From assembly GCA_965204535.1 (NCBI GenBank), contig CBDBEV010000001.1, positions 1,824,001 through 1,888,000 on the forward strand: 64,000 nucleotides of DNA. The letters are read 5' to 3'. The notes beneath the pieces are model-generated. The model ran no database searches. It was not told the origin of the DNA and worked only from the letters and a program-made list of their open reading frames with translations. Position numbers and translations under genes: made by a program. The stretch is from a bacterium (GTDB taxonomy: Bacteria; UBA8248). The stretch's first letter is position 1. Every line of letters starts with the position of its first letter. Below are positions 50,050 to 60,530 of the stretch, one piece after another.

Positions 50050-50508
50050 CTAGAAACGCGCTTCCTCGTGACAGCGCACACACGCGCCGTGTACCTCGAA
50101 CAACGCCTTGGCGGTCGCGGCGATATCTTTGCTCTTCGCCGCCCTGGCAAGCGCAGTGGCCGCGCCCTCGAGCTGGCGCGAGAAAGTGAGCATCGAGTTG
50201 TCTCCCTGGAATTCCTCAACGGAGGGCAGGACTTTCGCCGTGGTGACCATTGATTCCGCGTGTTTTGCGATGGTTGCGTAAGGAGTGTCGTTCACGAGTT
50301 CCTGAACGGAGGTGATGAGGGCGGCTTTCACAAGCGCGCCGAAGTCCGCGTCGAGCTTCTCCATCAAGTCTGCCACTTCGTATGAATGGGCCTCGCCGCT
50401 CCCGGCTTTATGGCTCTCAGCCATGATAGAAGCGGCGAGGATCGACGCAAGGAAAACGACGGCCGCCAACAGATAGATACGGCAATGCGCCGGGAGTGCG
50501 AGTCGCAT
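50050..50508 (-). CDS. Class II cytochrome c (cytochrome c'-like four-helix bundle)
   Basis: Signal peptide, helical body, C-terminal CVRCH; RBS GAGGAG. Confidence 0.75.
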   Translation of the reverse strand: MRLALPAHCRIYLLAAVVFLASILAASIMAESHKAGSGEAHSYEVADLMEKLDADFGALVKAALITSVQELVNDTPYATIAKHAESMVTTAKVLPSVEEFQGDNSMLTFSRQLEGAATALARAAKSKDIAATAKALFEVHGACVRCHEEARF

Positions 50509-50818
50509 GATTCTCCTCACCCAAGAACAGGTCGGGATCTGAATTTTACCATCGTTTCCGAACCGCCTTATTGTCCATGAATGAAAGCGTCTGGGCAATC
50601 GCTGGAAATAAAGAGGGCCGAAGCTCATAACTTTTTGAAAAAACGCCGCTTACGTCCCATATAAAATTTGCGCACGTGGTTGTCCTGGTTTGCCGACACA
50701 CCCTTTTTGTGGTAAAAAGCAGTGTTTGTGTTTCGCCCGCCCAGGTTCGCCCCTCTCCGGTTTCAGGAGCTTTTGGGACGGCCCCAGATAACGCCGTCTG
50801 CAGGAGATTTTCGAGAGC

Positions 50819-53248
50819 ATGGACAACCTGAATGAAGTCAGCATCGAGCAGGAGATGAGCGCGTCCTTCATGGACTATGCGATGAGCGTCATCATCGCGC
50901 GCGCGCTTCCTGACGTGCGCGACGGGCTCAAGCCTGTGCAAAGGCGCATCCTCACCACGCTGAACGATCTGGGCCTCGCGCACAACAGGCCGTTTCGCAA
51001 GTGCGCGAAGATAGCCGGGGACGTGAGCGGAAACTACCACCCCCACGGCGAGGCGGTGGTCTACCCGGCGCTGGCGCGAATGGCGCAGGATTTCTCCCTG
51101 CGCGGCCTCCTGGTGGACGGGCAGGGCAACTTCGGCTCCGTGGACGGCGATCCGCCGGCGGCCATGCGCTACACCGAAGCGCGGATGACGCTGCTCGCCG
51201 AGAGCATGCTCGCCGACATCGAAAAAGACACCGTCGATTTCATTCCCAACTACGACAACACGCGAACGGAGCCCTCCGTACTCCCCGCCCGCGTACCCAA
51301 CCTGTTGCTGAACGGCTCCACGGGCATCGCCGTCGGCATGGCCACGAACATCCCGCCCCACAACCTGGGCGAGCTTTGCGAAGCGCTCGTTCATGTGCTT
51401 GAGAAAGAAGGCGCCGCGCTCGAGGGGATTCTCGAGAGAATGCCGGGGCCGGATTTTCCCACCGCGGGCATCATCTACGGGCGTTCGGGGATCAGGAGCT
51501 ACTACGAGACGGGCCGCGGTTCGCTGCAGTTGCGCGCCAAGGCGATTGTGGAAGTCAACGGGCGCACGAACCGCCAGTCCATCGTGGTGACCGAGATTCC
51601 CTACGCGCTCAACAAGGCGAGGCTGATAGAGAAGATTGCGGACCTGGTGCGCGAGCAGAAAATCAAAGACATCTCCGACATCCGGGACGAGAGCGACAGG
51701 AGCGGCATGCGCATCGTCATCGACCTCAAAAGAGACGCCGTAGGCGGGGCGGTCCTGAACCAGCTCTACAAGCACACCCAGATGCAGACGACCTTCGGCG
51801 TCATCCTGCTGGCCCTCGTGAACAACCAGCCCCGCGTGATGGGCGTGAAGGAGATGCTCTCCCACTTCCTGCGCTATCGCCGCGAGGTCATCCTCAGGCG
51901 CAGCCGCTTCGAGCTCAAAAAGGCCGAGAACAGGGCGCACATACTCGAGGGCTACCGCATCGCGCTCGACAACATCGAGGAAGTCATCGCTCTCATTCGG
52001 GGGAGCGAGACGCCCGAGGAGGCGCGCGCGGGCCTCATGCGGAATTTCGGGCTCACCCAGCCCCAGGCCCAGGCCATCCTGGAGATGAGGCTCCAGCGCC
52101 TCACGGGCCTTGAGCGCGACAAGATAGAAGCGGAATACAAGGAACTCCAGAAGACCATCGCCCATCTCCGCAAAGTGCTCGTGAATGAAAAGCTCCAGAC
52201 CTCCATCATCAAGGAAGAGCTTCTGGAAATCCGGGAGAAATTCGCGGACGGGCGTCGCACGGAGATTGTGGATGAGACGAGCGAGATATCGATCGAGGAC
52301 ATGATCGTCGAGGAAGACATGGCGGTCACCATCTCGAATTCGGGCTACATCAAGCGAAACGCCATCACCCTGTATCGCTCCCAGCGCCGCGGCGGCAAGG
52401 GCGTGATGGGCATGGGGACGAAACAAGAGGATTTCGTCGAACAACTCTTCATCGCCTCCACGCACGATTACATGATGTTCTTCACCTCGCGCGGGCGCTG
52501 CCATTGGCTCAAGGTGCACGAGATTCCCCAGGGAGGCCGGGCGGCGCGCGGCAAGGCCATCGTGAACGTGCTTCAGTTGGCGGCGGGCGAGTTCGTCTCC
52601 GCCGTCATGCCCGTGCGCAAGTTCGAGCCCGATCGCTACATCCTCATGGCGACCAAGCAAGGAGTGCTCAAGAAGACGCAACTCACGGCGTTCAGCAATC
52701 CGAGGGTGGGCGGAATCATCGCGCTCAATCTCGACGAAGGGGACGAACTCATCGGCGTCGGCCAGACCGACGGCAGCCTCGACGTGTTTCTCGGAACGAA
52801 AGGCGGCAAGGCCATCCGCTTCCCGGAGGGCAAGGTTCGCGCCATGGGCAGGAGCGCGCGCGGCGTGCGCGGAATCGATCTGGCGGCGGGCGATTGCGTG
52901 ATCGGAATGGAAGTCGTCTCGCCGGGAAACATCATTCTCACCGCCACTGAGTTCGGCTACGGCAAGCGCAGCCGCGTGGATGACTACCGGCTGACGAACC
53001 GGGGCGGCAAGGGCGTGATCAACATCAAGGTGACCGAGAAAAACGGGCCGGTCGTCGGCATCCGCCGCGTGACCGAGGACGATGAATTTATGCTTATCAC
53101 CACCGGGGGACAACTCATTCGCTCCCGGGTTCAGGATGTTTCCATCATCGGACGCGCCACGCAGGGCGTTCGCCTCATCGGGGTCAAGGAGGGAGACCGC
53201 GTCGCGGCCCTGGCCCGCATCGAGGAGAATGGAAACGGTTCTCCGTAA
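50819..53248 (+). CDS. gyrA: DNA gyrase subunit A
   Basis: [28 protein letters not shown], GyrA-box QRRGGKG, C-terminal pinwheel repeats. Confidence 0.97.
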   Translation: MDNLNEVSIEQEMSASFMDYAMSVIIARALPDVRDGLKPVQRRILTTLNDLGLAHNRPFRKCAKIAGDVSGNYHPHGEAVVYPALARMAQDFSLRGLLVDGQGNFGSVDGDPPAAMRYTEARMTLLAESMLADIEKDTVDFIPNYDNTRTEPSVLPARVPNLLLNGSTGIAVGMATNIPPHNLGELCEALVHVLEKEGAALEGILERMPGPDFPTAGIIYGRSGIRSYYETGRGSLQLRAKAIVEVNGRTNRQSIVVTEIPYALNKARLIEKIADLVREQKIKDISDIRDESDRSGMRIVIDLKRDAVGGAVLNQLYKHTQMQTTFGVILLALVNNQPRVMGVKEMLSHFLRYRREVILRRSRFELKKAENRAHILEGYRIALDNIEEVIALIRGSETPEEARAGLMRNFGLTQPQAQAILEMRLQRLTGLERDKIEAEYKELQKTIAHLRKVLVNEKLQTSIIKEELLEIREKFADGRRTEIVDETSEISIEDMIVEEDMAVTISNSGYIKRNAITLYRSQRRGGKGVMGMGTKQEDFVEQLFIASTHDYMMFFTSRGRCHWLKVHEIPQGGRAARGKAIVNVLQLAAGEFVSAVMPVRKFEPDRYILMATKQGVLKKTQLTAFSNPRVGGIIALNLDEGDELIGVGQTDGSLDVFLGTKGGKAIRFPEGKVRAMGRSARGVRGIDLAAGDCVIGMEVVSPGNIILTATEFGYGKRSRVDDYRLTNRGGKGVINIKVTEKNGPVVGIRRVTEDDEFMLITTGGQLIRSRVQDVSIIGRATQGVRLIGVKEGDRVAALARIEENGNGSP

Positions 53249-53262
53249 ACACTGGGTTGGTG

Positions 53263-54870
53263 ATGCGAGAAAAAAATGAAGGGGCGATGCTCCCGCCTTT
53301 GCTCTCGGCGTGTTTCCTCGCGCTGGCATTCCTGGGTTTTGGCTGCGACGGCGTAGAGTTGTCCGCCCGGGAGTCGATTGCGCCTGAGCAGGGAACGCCT
53401 CGAGACGCCCCTCTCCCCGTCCAAGCCCTCAAGCGAACGCTTTCTGTGACCCCCGCGCCTCCGCCGGAGCGCAAACCGTCCTTTCCGGAGGAGGTTGCGG
53501 CCCCGCCGGAGCCCGAGCCTTCTCCGCCGAGCCGCGCCGAGGCTTTGAGCGCAACGGGAGAATCGGCCTATCGGCAAGAGGATTACAAATTCGCCGAGAA
53601 AAACTTTCGCGAGGCGCTCGTTCATGACCCCGAACGTCTCCATGCCCTCACGGGGCTCGGCTGGACCCTGTACGACTCGAATCGCCCCGATGAGGCCTTT
53701 TTCTTTTTCCGGCGGGCGAACGCGCGCTACCCCGAGAGCGGCAGCGCGCGGCGCGGCCTCGCCTATCTGCTGTATCGCTACGGGCGGCTGAAAGAGGCGA
53801 AGGCGCTGCTCGGCTCGCTCGACAAGACGAGATGGCCCGAACTCGCCAACATCGAACATGAACTCAAGGCGCGCGCCATCAAGGGCCTGCCCCCTCCCCG
53901 GCTCCCGACGGAAAAAAAGGAGGAAGCAAAAGCCGGGGAACCCTCGCCCGAAACCGAAGTGGTCCCGGAAGCATCATCAGCGCCTGAACCCGGGTTGACG
54001 CCGGAAGCGGAGTCAAAACCTGAGCCCGAAGCGCAGCGAAAGCCCGAACCGGAAACCGAAACCGCAAAACTCGCGCCCCCCGAAACAGCCCCCGGGGCGT
54101 TGAAGCCATTGCCGCAGCCGACGAAAGACGCCGCGCCGCCTCCGGTCCGCAAGCCCTCTCTCGAGGGGATGGTGCCGATTCCCGGCGGACGCTTCATGAT
54201 GGGCGTCGAGTTCACCTCCCCGAAACGCTCACGCAGAGGGCGCCGCCGCAGACGCGCGTTCGTCAGGGCGGCCGGCGGCAGGCCCGTCGAAGTCGGACCT
54301 TTCCGTCTGGACAAGTTCGAGGTGACGAACGCGCTTTACGCGGATTTCGTGCGGGCGACAAAGGCCCCCGAGCCTCCGTTTTGGCGCAAGGTCCATTTCA
54401 CGGGCCCCCATCTGCCCGTGGTCGGGATTACCTGGGAGGAGGCGCGCGCCTACTGCGTCTGGGCCGGGAAGCGGCTGCCCACGGAGGCCGAATGGGAATA
54501 CGCCGCCCAGGGCGCGGGCAAGGGCAGGCGGTATCCGTGGGGGAATACGCAACGCGACAGGAACGCCGTTTTCGGCCTGAGCCCGGACGCCGGAGGGCCC
54601 AAGGCCGTGGGAAGGCGACCCGAAGGCGCCAGCGTTCACGGGGTGGAGGATTTGGCCGGAAATGTCTGGGAGTGGGTGGAGGATGAGTTCAGGAACGCGC
54701 CCGATGGCGCCCGGCCGATCACGCAGAACGGCCGCGTGTTCCGGACGCTCAAGGGGGGATCCTGGGTGAACGGGTGGTGGGCGCTCGTCTCATCGCACAG
54801 AACGGGCGACGTTCCCGGGCGCCGATTGCCGGCGTATGGGTTTCGGTGCGCTGCGGATGCGGCGAAATGA
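53263..54870 (+). CDS. Putative lipoprotein: TPR repeats, Pro/Glu-rich linker and FGE-sulfatase (SUMF1) fold domain
   Basis: FLGFGC lipobox-like, TPR helices, MVPIPGGRFMMG, EVTN, RLPTEAEWEYAA, GNVWEW, GFRC. Confidence 0.8.
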   Translation: MREKNEGAMLPPLLSACFLALAFLGFGCDGVELSARESIAPEQGTPRDAPLPVQALKRTLSVTPAPPPERKPSFPEEVAAPPEPEPSPPSRAEALSATGESAYRQEDYKFAEKNFREALVHDPERLHALTGLGWTLYDSNRPDEAFFFFRRANARYPESGSARRGLAYLLYRYGRLKEAKALLGSLDKTRWPELANIEHELKARAIKGLPPPRLPTEKKEEAKAGEPSPETEVVPEASSAPEPGLTPEAESKPEPEAQRKPEPETETAKLAPPETAPGALKPLPQPTKDAAPPPVRKPSLEGMVPIPGGRFMMGVEFTSPKRSRRGRRRRRAFVRAAGGRPVEVGPFRLDKFEVTNALYADFVRATKAPEPPFWRKVHFTGPHLPVVGITWEEARAYCVWAGKRLPTEAEWEYAAQGAGKGRRYPWGNTQRDRNAVFGLSPDAGGPKAVGRRPEGASVHGVEDLAGNVWEWVEDEFRNAPDGARPITQNGRVFRTLKGGSWVNGWWALVSSHRTGDVPGRRLPAYGFRCAADAAK

Positions 54871-54933
54871 GGTATAATACGCGCACATCATTCGAACACA
54901 TACAAAGCGCGACTCCCTGAAAAAGGAGAGACC

Positions 54934-55476
54934 ATGTTTTTAATCAAGACAAGGTTCCCGAAGTTGTTGTTCGCCGTGCTCGGGGTGATTCTTTTGGCGG
55001 CGGGCGCCCAGGCGCAGAGCCTGACGCCGCCGCCGCTGACGCCGCCCGAGGCGCAGCCCGCTTCGCCCGGAGTTGTTCCCGGCCAGCCCCAAGCGGCCCC
55101 GGCCCTGTCGCCGCCCGCGCCCGCGATGCCGCAGCAAGCTCCTCTCACGCCCGCGGAGCCGCAGCGCTCCCTGGATCTCATCGTCACCATCACGCTGGCG
55201 ACGGGGAAATCCGAAACCTTCGCCCGCGAGATCGACCGGCTCGAGCTCATCACTCGCTCTGGCGGAGCGATCGAGATGATCCACCTGCTCCTGGTCACCG
55301 GCGGAGAGCGCAACACGCACGTCTGGTACAACTACGGCCAGGTCGCCAAGCTGAGCTACCGTTTCGTCACCCCCGAGGGGAAGGCGAAGGTGTACGTGCG
55401 TCCGCTACAGGCATCGCCCACGACGAGAGAGCTCACGGACCAGCTTGAACCGTTAAGCCCCCGCGAGTTCCGGTAA
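54934..55476 (+). CDS. Exported proline-rich hypothetical protein
   Basis: RBS AAGGAG, signal peptide (AQA), Pro-rich linker, small beta-rich domain. Confidence 0.65.
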   Translation: MFLIKTRFPKLLFAVLGVILLAAGAQAQSLTPPPLTPPEAQPASPGVVPGQPQAAPALSPPAPAMPQQAPLTPAEPQRSLDLIVTITLATGKSETFAREIDRLELITRSGGAIEMIHLLLVTGGERNTHVWYNYGQVAKLSYRFVTPEGKAKVYVRPLQASPTTRELTDQLEPLSPREFR

Positions 55477-55487
55477 GGAGCTTTCCG

Positions 55488-56387
55488 GTGAGCGAGAAGG
55501 GCTACGCGAACCCGGGCCTCGCCCTCACGCCCGCGCAACTCGCGGAACGCATCGGCGAACGAAAAGGCGACGACCTCGTCATCATCGATACCCGTCAGGC
55601 GCCGGAGTTTTGCGCGGGCCACATCGAGGGCGCCGCGCACCTGGACCTGTACGGAATCTCGCTCAACGACACCCGACCCCAGGCGCTGGCCGCCTTCACC
55701 TGGATGCTCGCCTATCTCATGGAGATACGGGGCGTCGACTACGACAAGACGGTGGTCTTCTATCAGGAGAACACGGGTTTCCGCTCGGCGCGCGGGTTCT
55801 GGTTCCTTGAATATCTCGGCCACGAGGACGCGCACGTCCTGGACGGCGGCATCGACGCCTGGAAGGCCGCAGGGTTGCCCCTCACGCGCGACGCATGGCC
55901 GATGGCGGGAGGCCCCTACGAGGCGGGAGTCCAGGGCCACAAGCGCATTTTAAGAACCGCGTTCGCGAGCCGTTTGAAGCCTTATGAAGAAGGGCGCATC
56001 GCCACAGCGGATTACATACTGGATCATCTGGGCGATCCGGGCGTTGCGATTCATGATACGCGCTCGGAGGGCGAGTATTTCGCCGAGAACGTCCGGGCCG
56101 CGCGCGGCGGCGCGGTTCCGGGTTCGGTCCACCTCGAATGGAGCGAGGCCATCGCGGCGGACGGATCGCTCAAGCCCGCCTCCGAACTCAAGGGGTTGCT
56201 CGAGCCGAGGGGCCTGACGCCCGACAAGGAAATGGTGCCGCTCTGCCAGGGCGGCTACCGCTCGGCGCACGCCTACCTCGTCTATCGCTTGCTGGGCTAC
56301 CCGAGGATCAGGAACTATCTCGGCTCCTGGAAGGAATGGGGCGACAGGGAAGATTTACCCATCGAAGTCCCCCGAAGAAGCGCCTAG
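55488..56387 (+). CDS. Two-domain rhodanese / sulfurtransferase
   Basis: GHIEGA, LDGGIDAW, active-site CQGGYR, YLGSWKEW. Confidence 0.9.
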   Translation: MSEKGYANPGLALTPAQLAERIGERKGDDLVIIDTRQAPEFCAGHIEGAAHLDLYGISLNDTRPQALAAFTWMLAYLMEIRGVDYDKTVVFYQENTGFRSARGFWFLEYLGHEDAHVLDGGIDAWKAAGLPLTRDAWPMAGGPYEAGVQGHKRILRTAFASRLKPYEEGRIATADYILDHLGDPGVAIHDTRSEGEYFAENVRAARGGAVPGSVHLEWSEAIAADGSLKPASELKGLLEPRGLTPDKEMVPLCQGGYRSAHAYLVYRLLGYPRIRNYLGSWKEWGDREDLPIEVPRRSA

Positions 56388-56902
56388 CCGCCTTTCAGGA
56401 CGCGCACGAGCGTTTGAGCGACGACGCCCGCCACGGGCGGAATCCAGAACACGGCCATTACGCGGAACATGAAGAACTCCGATCCGAGGATGGGGATTTC
56501 ATACGCGAACGCGCGCACCGGGCCGATCAGGGCCGCTGAGGTGAGCATCGTTATCATCGGCCCGAAGCCCGCACCCCCCTGCAGAAGCCCGGCCACGAGC
56601 GGATAGAGGACGAAGGGCGCGCCCATGGGGAACATGAACCCCGCCAGCCATCCGACGAAGATGCCGCGCCAGCCGGAGCGATCGGAGAGCCAGTTCTGCA
56701 GAATCTCCTTCGGCAGGACGTCGGCCACGAGCGCGCCGATGAACATGCCGATTATGAGCTTGGGAAGAATGTTCACGATGAGGCTTCCCGCGCGGCCCGC
56801 GGGAGCCCAGGGCAGCTCGCCGGATTTCTGATACGCCAGAAACGCCAGGAGCAGCGCAATGCTCGCGAGAAAAAGAGAAGTCTTGTCGAAAATGCCGGAC
56901 AT
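56384..56902 (-). CDS. Small predicted permease (DUF318/ArsP-like half unit)
   Basis: Multiple hydrophobic helices; LPKEILQNWL, PMGAPFVLYP, EIPILG. Confidence 0.6.
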   Translation of the reverse strand: MSGIFDKTSLFLASIALLLAFLAYQKSGELPWAPAGRAGSLIVNILPKLIIGMFIGALVADVLPKEILQNWLSDRSGWRGIFVGWLAGFMFPMGAPFVLYPLVAGLLQGGAGFGPMITMLTSAALIGPVRAFAYEIPILGSEFFMFRVMAVFWIPPVAGVVAQTLVRVLKGG

Positions 56903-57031
56903 GTTCGTTCCTCATAGAAAGCGGGTTGCAACAAGAAGCCGGGAGGAGCCCCTCGGCAGGAACCGCGAGTATAGCCCCAAGGGCGCGCGGAGTGAACCTT
57001 CTCGGCGAGGAATCGGAGGCCCCTGTTTTCC

Positions 57032-58351
57032 ATGATTTCAAGGGAGGGAAAATTGGCGGGAGCGTATCTCACCGGTTCCGTGCCCGGCACAGGCGGGCGT
57101 CTGCGCGCGAGGCCGGAGGATTTTCGCGTGGAGGAGATTCCGCTCGCGCCACCGAGCGGCGACGGGGAACATCTGCACTTGTGGGTGGAGAAGCGTGGTG
57201 TCTCGACCATAGAGGCGCTGCGCGCCTTGCGCCGCGCGCTGGGCGTATCCGGGACGGAAGCAGGCTATGCGGGACTCAAAGACGCCAATGCGGTGACGAG
57301 GCAGTGGTTTTCCTTCAGGACGGAAACGCGAGGGATTCCGGGCGCCGCATCGAAACTTGAACAAAGAGGCATCCGGGTTCTTCAGGCGGCGCGCTCCCGG
57401 AGCCGCATCAGGCGGGGGGCGCTCTCGGGCAATCGCTTCGAGATATTCGTTCGGGACGTCGCGCCGGATGCGGAGGAAAGGGCGCGAGAGATTCTGGATC
57501 ATCTCGTTGCGCGGGGATTGCCCAACGCGTTCGGCGATCAGAGGTTCGGGGTTCACGGCCATACGGCGCGAGTCGGCTTCGCGCTCGCGAGGGAAGACTG
57601 GCGAGGCGTTCTCGATGCGCTCCTGGGCAGCGCGAGATTTGCATCCATGCGAAACGATGCGGACGAGCGCTTGCTGGAAGCCGCCCGCAGGTATGAGGCG
57701 GGTGAGTTCCAGAGGGCGAGAGAGCTCTACCCTCCCTCGTGGGAGGCGGAGAGGCGCGCGCTCGCCCGCCTGGAAAAAGGGGCTTCGCCACGGCAGGTGA
57801 CGGCTTCGATTCCCGCCAGAGAGCGGGTCTTGTATGGCGGCGCGTTCCAGGCTTGCGTGTTCAACTCGTGTCTCGCGAGAAGACTCGAAGCGCGCGTGCA
57901 CGATCGTCTCTGGGCGGGCGACGTGGTTTTTCACCACGAAACGGGCAAGACCAGGAGGGTGGGCGCGCCCGAGGCGGAGGAGCGCTCGCTGGCGCGATTC
58001 GAGGTGAGCCCGGCGGGACCGCTGATTGGCCGGAAACTCGTCGAAGCCCGGGGGGAGGCGGGAAAACTCGAGCGAAGCGTGCTAGACTCCCTCGGCGTCG
58101 GAGGCCCGGGTACGCTCGACGGGCTTGAGAAGCTGAAACTTCATGGCTCCAGGCGCCCGTATCGTGTACAAATAAAGGAACTGAGCCTGAGGCCGGAAAA
58201 GGAGGGCTTGCGCCTCAAGTTCACCTTGCCGCCGGGGTCCTATGCGAGCGAGGTATTGCGGGAGTTGACGAAGAACGAACCTCCGGTGGGCGCCGTCACG
58301 CGCATCGGAGGCGATCGCCGAGCGGAACCATCCGCTTCGTGGGGGAGGTAG
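57032..58351 (+). CDS. truD: tRNA pseudouridine(13) synthase TruD
   Basis: PEDFRVEE, YAGLKDANAVTRQW, GNRF, PNAFGDQRFG, FTLPPGSYA. Confidence 0.93.
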   Translation: MISREGKLAGAYLTGSVPGTGGRLRARPEDFRVEEIPLAPPSGDGEHLHLWVEKRGVSTIEALRALRRALGVSGTEAGYAGLKDANAVTRQWFSFRTETRGIPGAASKLEQRGIRVLQAARSRSRIRRGALSGNRFEIFVRDVAPDAEERAREILDHLVARGLPNAFGDQRFGVHGHTARVGFALAREDWRGVLDALLGSARFASMRNDADERLLEAARRYEAGEFQRARELYPPSWEAERRALARLEKGASPRQVTASIPARERVLYGGAFQACVFNSCLARRLEARVHDRLWAGDVVFHHETGKTRRVGAPEAEERSLARFEVSPAGPLIGRKLVEARGEAGKLERSVLDSLGVGGPGTLDGLEKLKLHGSRRPYRVQIKELSLRPEKEGLRLKFTLPPGSYASEVLRELTKNEPPVGAVTRIGGDRRAEPSASWGR

Positions 58352-58357
58352 TGAATC

Positions 58358-59260
58358 ATGAAGGTTTTTTTGACGGGCGGAACTGGATATGTCGGCGGCA
58401 CGCTTCTTTCGCTTCTCTCTTTGGCGGGCCATGAGACGAGGGTGCTCTCTCGCGACCCCGAACCGGCGAGGCAGCGCCTCACCTCGATGAGCGGGGCCTT
58501 TCCCGTGCGCGGCGACATCACGGAGTATTCGGTCGACCAACTCGCCGAGTTGATGAAGAAACAAGACGCCGTGATTCACCTGGTGGGCATCATCATCGAG
58601 AAGGGAACACCCGGCTTCGAGGCGGTTCATACCGAGGGAACGCGCCGCATGGTCGCCGCCGCCGAGCAGGCGGGGGTGAAGCGTTTCGTGCACATGAGCG
58701 CCCTGGGCACGCGGGAGAACGCCGTCGCCCGGTACCATAAATCCAAATATGCCGCCGAGCAGTTCGTTCGCGAGAGCGATCTGGACTGGACGATATTCAG
58801 ACCCTCCATCATCTTCGGTGAGAACGACGAGTTCCTGAACACCTTCGCCGGCATCGCGCGTATGGCGCCCGCCCTTCCCCTCATCGGCGGAGGAAACGGC
58901 AAGCTCCAGCCCATCTGGGTGGAGGACGTGTGCCGTTGTTTCGCGCAATGCCTCACCATGCCCGAGACCATCGGACAGACTTACGACATGGGCGGAGACA
59001 CCGCGTACCCGGTCAGGGAGATTCTCTCCATGCTGGTGAAGGCGATGGGCAAGAAGAGGCTGCTCGCGCCCCTGCCCGTCTCCATCGCGCGCTTGCAGGC
59101 CAAACTGTTCAACCTGCTCCCGATGAAGCCCCCCTTCACCGAGGATCAGATAACGATGCTGGGCGAGGACAACGTGTGCGACCCGGCGCCCATGAAAGAA
59201 GCCTTCGGCCTCACGCCCAGAACGCTCGAGAATTATCTGGGGGATCACTTCGGCAGGTAG
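58358..59260 (+). CDS. NAD(P)-dependent epimerase/dehydratase (NDUFA9-like)
   Basis: TGGTGYVG, HMSALG, YHKSK, FRPSIIFG, QPIWVEDV. Confidence 0.85.
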   Translation: MKVFLTGGTGYVGGTLLSLLSLAGHETRVLSRDPEPARQRLTSMSGAFPVRGDITEYSVDQLAELMKKQDAVIHLVGIIIEKGTPGFEAVHTEGTRRMVAAAEQAGVKRFVHMSALGTRENAVARYHKSKYAAEQFVRESDLDWTIFRPSIIFGENDEFLNTFAGIARMAPALPLIGGGNGKLQPIWVEDVCRCFAQCLTMPETIGQTYDMGGDTAYPVREILSMLVKAMGKKRLLAPLPVSIARLQAKLFNLLPMKPPFTEDQITMLGEDNVCDPAPMKEAFGLTPRTLENYLGDHFGR

Positions 59261-59303
59261 GCTTCAGGGAACAGATCCATCAAGCGGGCGGCGCCCCCGG
59301 GCC

Positions 59304-60455
59304 TCAGCCCTCGCCTTGTTTTCCCTCTAAATTGCGGAGCGCGCTTTCAGCCGCGCGCCATGCGGCGCGCTGGGCGGTGGAGACGGCCAGCGCGCGAAAA
59401 TCCTCCCCGGACGCCCAGAGCCGTCCGTCTTGGTTTGCTTGCGGCGCGCCCTTCTCGAAATTTTCCGCCAGGTGTACGACGAACAGAATCTTTCTGTGGG
59501 TGAGCGTTCGGGTGGTTCTGGCGAGTTCGCGTCCCGGCCGCCAGCCCGTCCCGAGAAGTTCGGCGCACTGCGTTCTCAGGCGGCGGGGGGCAATCTTCTC
59601 GTGGTGGCCCTCCACCATGAAGCCGGGCAGCTCCCACATACCTCCGAAAAGGCCGGTTTTCTCCCTTTGGGCCAGAAGAACCAATCCGTCCCGCTCCGCC
59701 CGGAACTGAAAAAAAGTATATGGCGCGGGCGGTTTTTTGGCGGCTTTCACCGGCAGGGCGTTCTGGGTTCCGGCATTGTGGCCTGCGCAGTGAGCGCGGA
59801 CGGGGCATCGCGCGCAACCAGGGGTTTTGGGAAGGCAGATTCGGGCGCCCAAATCCATCAGCGCCTGGTTGAAGTCGCCGGGCCTTGCGCGCGGAACCAG
59901 CGCCTGCGTTTCCTCGTGGATGGTTTTTTGTGCAGGGGGCATGTCGATAGGTGTCGAGATGTTGAGAATCCGGCTCATGATTCTCAAGACGTTTCCGTCG
60001 ATGGCCGCGCAACGCTCCCCGAAGGCGATGCTGGCGATGGCCCCCGCCATGTAGGGGCCGACCCCCGGCAGGGCCAAAAGCGCATCGCGCGTCTCGGGCA
60101 TCGCGCCCCCGCCTTGGCCCATCACCTCCTGTGCGGCGCGGTGCAGGTTCCTCACACGGCTGTAATAACCGAGCCCCTGCCATTCGGCCAATACGGCGTC
60201 CAGGGGCGCGTCGGCCATGGCGGCGAGGGTGGGAAACCGCTCGATGAAGGCGGGATAACGCAGCCGGACGGTCTCCGCCCGGGTCTGCTGGAGCATGGCC
60301 TCCGACACCCATATCCGGTAGGGGTCTTTCTCCCCGCGCCAGGGGAGTTCTCTTTTCTCCCGCTCGTACCACCCCAGGATGCGCTTTCTGAACTTTCTGC
60401 GCTCCGGGGGAGTGAAACGCAGGCTCTCGGGCATGTTTTTCGTTTTGTTTGACAT
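59304..60455 (-). CDS. mutY: A/G-specific adenine glycosylase MutY
   Basis: WVSEAMLQQT, WQGLGYYSR, LPGVGPY, DGNV, CLPKTPGCARCPVRAHC Fe-S motif, NUDIX-like C-terminal domain. Confidence 0.93.
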   Translation of the reverse strand: MSNKTKNMPESLRFTPPERRKFRKRILGWYEREKRELPWRGEKDPYRIWVSEAMLQQTRAETVRLRYPAFIERFPTLAAMADAPLDAVLAEWQGLGYYSRVRNLHRAAQEVMGQGGGAMPETRDALLALPGVGPYMAGAIASIAFGERCAAIDGNVLRIMSRILNISTPIDMPPAQKTIHEETQALVPRARPGDFNQALMDLGARICLPKTPGCARCPVRAHCAGHNAGTQNALPVKAAKKPPAPYTFFQFRAERDGLVLLAQREKTGLFGGMWELPGFMVEGHHEKIAPRRLRTQCAELLGTGWRPGRELARTTRTLTHRKILFVVHLAENFEKGAPQANQDGRLWASGEDFRALAVSTAQRAAWRAAESALRNLEGKQGEG

Positions 60456-60530
60456 GCGTCGGACCAGCCGTTATCAAGCGTATTAGGGTTTCCAAAGACG
60501 GCGCTCGAAGTTTCGGGGTAATGATAGAAC

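Noticed and set aside
50546-53329. Long antisense ORFs (e.g. 927 aa at 50546-53329, 793 aa at 30091-32472, 717 aa at 47845-49998)
   Set aside because: They are shadows of gyrA, mnmE/mnmG and gyrB caused by high-GC codon bias and carry no recognisable motifs.
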